NCBI GenBank assembly: GCA_000965745.1
Contig: CP009479.1
Location: forward strand, 2,016,001 to 2,080,000
DNA from: an uncultured archaeon
GTDB lineage: Archaea; Thermoplasmatota; Thermoplasmata; Thermoplasmatales; Thermoplasmataceae
Direction: 5' to 3'
DNA length: 64,000 bases
The notes under the pieces were generated by a model. It saw only the letters and a list, made by a program, of their open reading frames with translations, did not search any database and had not been told where the DNA came from. The first letter of the stretch is position 1. Each line of letters opens with the position of its first letter. Positions 60,312 to 64,000 of this stretch are shown here, in pieces. Both the position numbers and the translations under genes were made by a program.

Positions 60312-62141
60312 TCACTCCGCTTGCTGATCGAGCTGCTCGGTTCTGTTTGGTCCATCAGGGCCGCTTCCATAGAGTTTCCTTATGTTTCGGTACAGAAGCA
60401 GAATGAAGTACGCGTTGGCCAATATTATGAATGGCAGGAGAAGAGAGCTCATGAATGATACCTTTTCTGCCTCAAGCTGGCCCAATGGGCTTGAAAAATA
60501 GTTGTATGAAAGATAGGGATTGATGAAATAGGTCAGGCTGTAAGTAAGGAAGAGATACACCACAGGTATCAGGGAAAGAAAAAATGCACTCGAATATTCC
60601 AGTTCAATGAGCAGGAGTGGGATGACCCAAATGAAATACTGCGGGTTTACGTAGTTGTATGTAAGGAAGAATACCGTAAGCACAACGATCATGTATCTCC
60701 CGGGATTGGGTTGGATCTTCCTGATAAGCAGGAAGGCAGTAAGGACGATGTAGAACGGTATGAATACATAGAGGAAGAGTGAGGGAAAGGTTTCTACCCC
60801 TAATGACCTGACAATCACCTGCCAGCTGACGCCATTTGAGGAGAAGAGCCCGAAAAATGTCGGCACTGATCGCGAGAAAAAAAGCTCTTTGAGGGATACT
60901 ATGACCGATCCGGTGAGGTAATACATTACGATGTCCGGGGACAATACGAGCAGGAACAGCCCCAGGTCGCGGACTTTCCTGCGGCTGTTCAACAGAATTA
61001 GCGGAAGCAGGAATACCGGAAAAATTTTGAAGGATGTCCCAAGCGCCGCCATGACGGCTGATGTTCCAGTCTTTCCCTGCCTTAATTCCACAATGGAAAA
61101 CAGGAGAAAGAAGGCCGAGAGCACATCAAGCTGCCCCCAGGCAATGCCAACAACCAGTACGTATGGGTTCAGAAGCCAGTACCTGTTCGCACGTGAGGAA
61201 TCAATGTAACCATTCCGCACAAGAAGGAGATAAGTTCCAACAGTGGCAGCCATCATTGGGACCTTTATCAGGGCGTAATACGGGATCAGGTATATTCCAT
61301 TCAGGGCACGCCAGGCCATGTAAGTGAAGCCGCTCACCGTGCCGGGGAAGTTGAGGAGTTCATTGCTCAGAGCTGGTAAACCAGCCAGATGGGCGGCAAC
61401 GTAGGAAAACATGCTGTAAAGAAGGTAGAGTGGCGGATATTCCCACTTCAGTGAAGGGGGGAAGAGGGCGGAGTGAACAAAGGGATTCACGCCACCATAA
61501 AGGCGTATTCCTGTCGAAATCATGAAAAAGGAGTCGTAGCGCTGGCCGAAAAGGGCAGCCAATGCAATGTATACCGGTATGAGCATTAGAAAAAGCCGGC
61601 GGTTGCTGAAATCCCATCCAATAAGCACAAGAAGGTAAAAAACCGATGTGAGCCCTATCAGTGTTTCAATGATCAATGGCCTGTTCGAATGCACAACATT
61701 CAGGTGGAATGCAAAATGTAAGGTATCGTTGAATGAAATTATTCCCACAGGATGATTGCCCAGGACCTCGGAAGGCCTGATTGTTATGAAAGCCCTGAGA
61801 TACCCGTCGTTGTACTGGTTTATCTCATATGGGTGCGTGGTTACATTGCCGGAATTGATAGATACGGACAGATTCCTCTCCAATGATTGTGGCACTTCTC
61901 CGAATATCTGGATCTGAAATGTCCCATGGTTCAATGCAGTGGACACAAGTTTTTTTGGCGTGACAGTGAGGTTGATGTCCCCGGAGTGGATATAAGCCGC
62001 GTTTTGATTCTGTAGTGAAATGGCCTCATCGGACAGTGCTGCCACGGAAACCAGAAGGACAATAAATACTACAGCTATTATCTTCCTCTGTCTTTTCAAA
62101 ATGCCCTTGAGTCCATCACTTAATCCGGACCGGAATTTCAC
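60312..62141 (-). CDS. GT-C fold membrane glycosyltransferase (GT87/PIG-M-like) with N-terminal external domain
   Basis: RYD, YPP, LLNP, WGQLD, K.FP, NPQY..W. Confidence 0.75.
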   Translation of the reverse strand: MKFRSGLSDGLKGILKRQRKIIAVVFIVLLVSVAALSDEAISLQNQNAAYIHSGDINLTVTPKKLVSTALNHGTFQIQIFGEVPQSLERNLSVSINSGNVTTHPYEINQYNDGYLRAFITIRPSEVLGNHPVGIISFNDTLHFAFHLNVVHSNRPLIIETLIGLTSVFYLLVLIGWDFSNRRLFLMLIPVYIALAALFGQRYDSFFMISTGIRLYGGVNPFVHSALFPPSLKWEYPPLYLLYSMFSYVAAHLAGLPALSNELLNFPGTVSGFTYMAWRALNGIYLIPYYALIKVPMMAATVGTYLLLVRNGYIDSSRANRYWLLNPYVLVVGIAWGQLDVLSAFFLLFSIVELRQGKTGTSAVMAALGTSFKIFPVFLLPLILLNSRRKVRDLGLFLLVLSPDIVMYYLTGSVIVSLKELFFSRSVPTFFGLFSSNGVSWQVIVRSLGVETFPSLFLYVFIPFYIVLTAFLLIRKIQPNPGRYMIVVLTVFFLTYNYVNPQYFIWVIPLLLIELEYSSAFFLSLIPVVYLFLTYSLTYFINPYLSYNYFSSPLGQLEAEKVSFMSSLLLPFIILANAYFILLLYRNIRKLYGSGPDGPNRTEQLDQQAE

Positions 62142-62316
62142 CAGTCATTATATTAATGCAGCGTAATAAATTCTGTGCAGGCATCAATGCCCTGGATCGT
62201 TTGTTCTTATCTTTTTGAATCCGGGCCACATGCCGGTAAGGTTTGAATGCGCCACCATTCCATGTCGTTCCAGGAAATACAAAAATGTGAAAAAATGGAA
62301 CCTGCATGTTCAGGCA

Positions 62317-63138
62317 ATGAGGGAAGCGAAGACTTCCGAATCTGCAGACCCGGCAGTGCCACATATTGATGTGATCATCAGGACATTCAATTCTGCAAGG
62401 ACTCTTGAGCCCTGCATGAAATCTATTGCCGCGAACATACCCTTCAGGAAAATAATCGTGGTTGACCACAATAGCACGGACTCTACCGCAGAAATTGCAC
62501 GCAAATTCGGTGCAGAAATACACACGGAAAATGTAGGCCTGGGTTACGCGACCACTTTGGGAATTTCGCATTCGGCAACGGATTACATCCTATTTGTTGA
62601 CAGCGACGTCATGATAATCAGGGATGATTTTCTCCGCGAGGCTCTCGTCAAACTCCAATCGGGGAGAACTGGGGCAATTGTTGGTACAGCAAAGGGGCAT
62701 CCATTCCTTTACGGACTCCCTCTCGGCCTTACACTCTTTCGCAGGAAAGACATGGAGGATATGAAGATCCCGGCAGAAATACAGGGCAGTGAGACTTACC
62801 ACATCAGGATGGAAGTGCGGAGACGGCGCATGAAGGTGAAGTACCTGAAGGACTCCATGATTCACAATTCAGTTTACAGAACCTTCAGGTACTGGCCAGA
62901 ATGGCAAGGTTCCCAGGTAAGGGTGAGCTCCGGGGTCAATCCATGGGAGCTGTTGTATTCATTTCTGGTAATCTTTCTCATCTTGTCAAATTCAAAATCC
63001 TTGCGTAACCTCGCCTATCTTCCAGTATTCATCGTAAAATTCCTGATAGGATACAGTAATCCCGCCAGGTGGGGGAACATGGATCGGAGAAGGCTGACAC
63101 CTCCAAGTCTCAGTCCGGATAACTTGAAATATGAATAA
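62317..63138 (+). CDS. GT2 family glycosyltransferase
   Basis: VIIRTFN, VVDHNSTD.T, FVDSD; start moved to ATG 62317. Confidence 0.9.
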   Translation: MREAKTSESADPAVPHIDVIIRTFNSARTLEPCMKSIAANIPFRKIIVVDHNSTDSTAEIARKFGAEIHTENVGLGYATTLGISHSATDYILFVDSDVMIIRDDFLREALVKLQSGRTGAIVGTAKGHPFLYGLPLGLTLFRRKDMEDMKIPAEIQGSETYHIRMEVRRRRMKVKYLKDSMIHNSVYRTFRYWPEWQGSQVRVSSGVNPWELLYSFLVIFLILSNSKSLRNLAYLPVFIVKFLIGYSNPARWGNMDRRRLTPPSLSPDNLKYE

Positions 63139-63156
63139 GGCGTAACAAGGTACGGC

Positions 63157-63366
63157 ATGAAGATCTATTCCGAGCGGTTTCCACTGAAATATCTTTTCGC
63201 CAATGAAGGAATATGCCTGGGGGTCGACACCAAAAAATCATCATACCTTCTCCTGGTGTGCAAGCATGGAATAATATTCAGGAAGAGGCCCGTGGGCGAT
63301 ACGGTCGTTGAGAACCTTGATTACAGGATATATGACATTTATGACAGCATAGCGGGTTCCGAGTGA
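63157..63366 (+). CDS. Small hypothetical protein
   Basis: 69-aa ORF in operon position between GT2 and the methyltransferase. Confidence 0.55.
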   Translation: MKIYSERFPLKYLFANEGICLGVDTKKSSYLLLVCKHGIIFRKRPVGDTVVENLDYRIYDIYDSIAGSE

Positions 63367-63408
63367 ATGCGTCAAATTTAAGAGAGGATGAACGAATATA
63401 CAATCTGA

Positions 63409-64000
63409 TTGACGACGAACGTTAATAAGGAAAGATCACTGGATCTTCTGGCAGACACAGGAAGAGTGACACTCGCCTTTGTTTCTGAAAACATGAAGGT
63501 TTATATCATCTCGAACGACTTCAGGAACAGATGGCCCTCCCACGTTCTTCGGGAAAGCAGGGCCACCCTTTTCCTGGAGGGCCGGAAGAGAATGGGAAAA
63601 GCCGGATTGATAACCTCTCCCGGCAAAAAAGATGAGATCATGAAACTTTTCCGGGACAAGTACGGGGAGGCATACACAGATCATTATTTCAGGCACCCCA
63701 GCAGGTTCATAGAGATCGATACCTCATCCCTTCCCCTTCGGGAGAAAGACGGCTATTATGGCTGGCTTGAGGACGAGTTTGACAACATAGCTGAAGAATA
63801 CGACAGGCATATCTTCGGGAACAGAGTAAATTCACTTCTGAGGGAGAGGTCAGTTGCCCTGATGAGGAGAACATTCATTGGAAGGAAAAGGCTTCTCGAA
63901 ATCGGATGTGGGACGGGTACCGAAACTCTTGAGCTCCTGAGGGACGGTCATGAAATAACTGCCACGGACATCTCAACCAGGATGATAGATCAGCTGAGAA
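63409..64000 (+). CDS. Class I SAM methyltransferase with extra N-terminal domain (runs off the window end)
   Basis: Not in the ORF track. Manual translation from TTG 63409 is open to the end: ...FRDKYG...FDNIAEEYD...LLEIGCGTG.ETL.L...TDIS..M; start uncertain. Confidence 0.8.
   Translation, partial: MTTNVNKERSLDLLADTGRVTLAFVSENMKVYIISNDFRNRWPSHVLRESRATLFLEGRKRMGKAGLITSPGKKDEIMKLFRDKYGEAYTDHYFRHPSRFIEIDTSSLPLREKDGYYGWLEDEFDNIAEEYDRHIFGNRVNSLLRERSVALMRRTFIGRKRLLEIGCGTGTETLELLRDGHEITATDISTRMIDQLR

Noticed and set aside
63388-63411. In-frame TGA readthrough (ATG 63388, TGA 63406) into the methyltransferase
   Set aside because: Only six extra codons; the TTG right after the stop is a simpler start and no recoding signal is evident
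1-64000. CRISPR array, cas genes or rRNA
   Set aside because: No regularly spaced repeat-spacer run or rRNA-like stretch seen by eye; the only long exact repeat found is the tRNA-Leu att

Overview
Gene-dense archaeal chromosome segment. Gene content (Pcc1, PfdB, MptA, Elp3, rpS8e, SRP19, PriL, Rpp21, TA0175-type phosphatase, AGT/EndoV fusion, MMPL protein) points to a Thermoplasmatales-type acidophile; this is inferred, not database-checked. Positions 1-52.8 kb are mostly housekeeping, metabolic, transport and stress genes with three tRNA-Arg genes. From tRNA-Leu(CAG) at 52865 the window turns accessory: an exact 52-bp duplicate of the tRNA 3' half, a third degenerate copy, a broken SSV-type integrase, a secreted G1-type glutamic peptidase, a tandem ribbon-helix-helix protein, VapBC, an intact IS5-family element with a 9-bp target duplication, and a glycosyltransferase cluster. 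The most notable observations are four. (1) The first base of tRNA-Arg(CCG) is the last base of the upstream gene's TAG stop and the tRNA has no obvious own TATA box, so RNase P processing would cut the stop codon. (2) The alkyltransferase-EndoV fusion lacks both the alkyl-accepting Cys and the Arg finger but keeps an intact nuclease. (3) Collapsed mini-islands are stacked at tRNA-Leu, one keeping an eqolisin-like protease. (4) An effector-less STAND-TPR protein is translationally coupled to a tiny Cys/His-rich protein. No CRISPR array or rRNA was seen. All calls come from motif recognition by eye.
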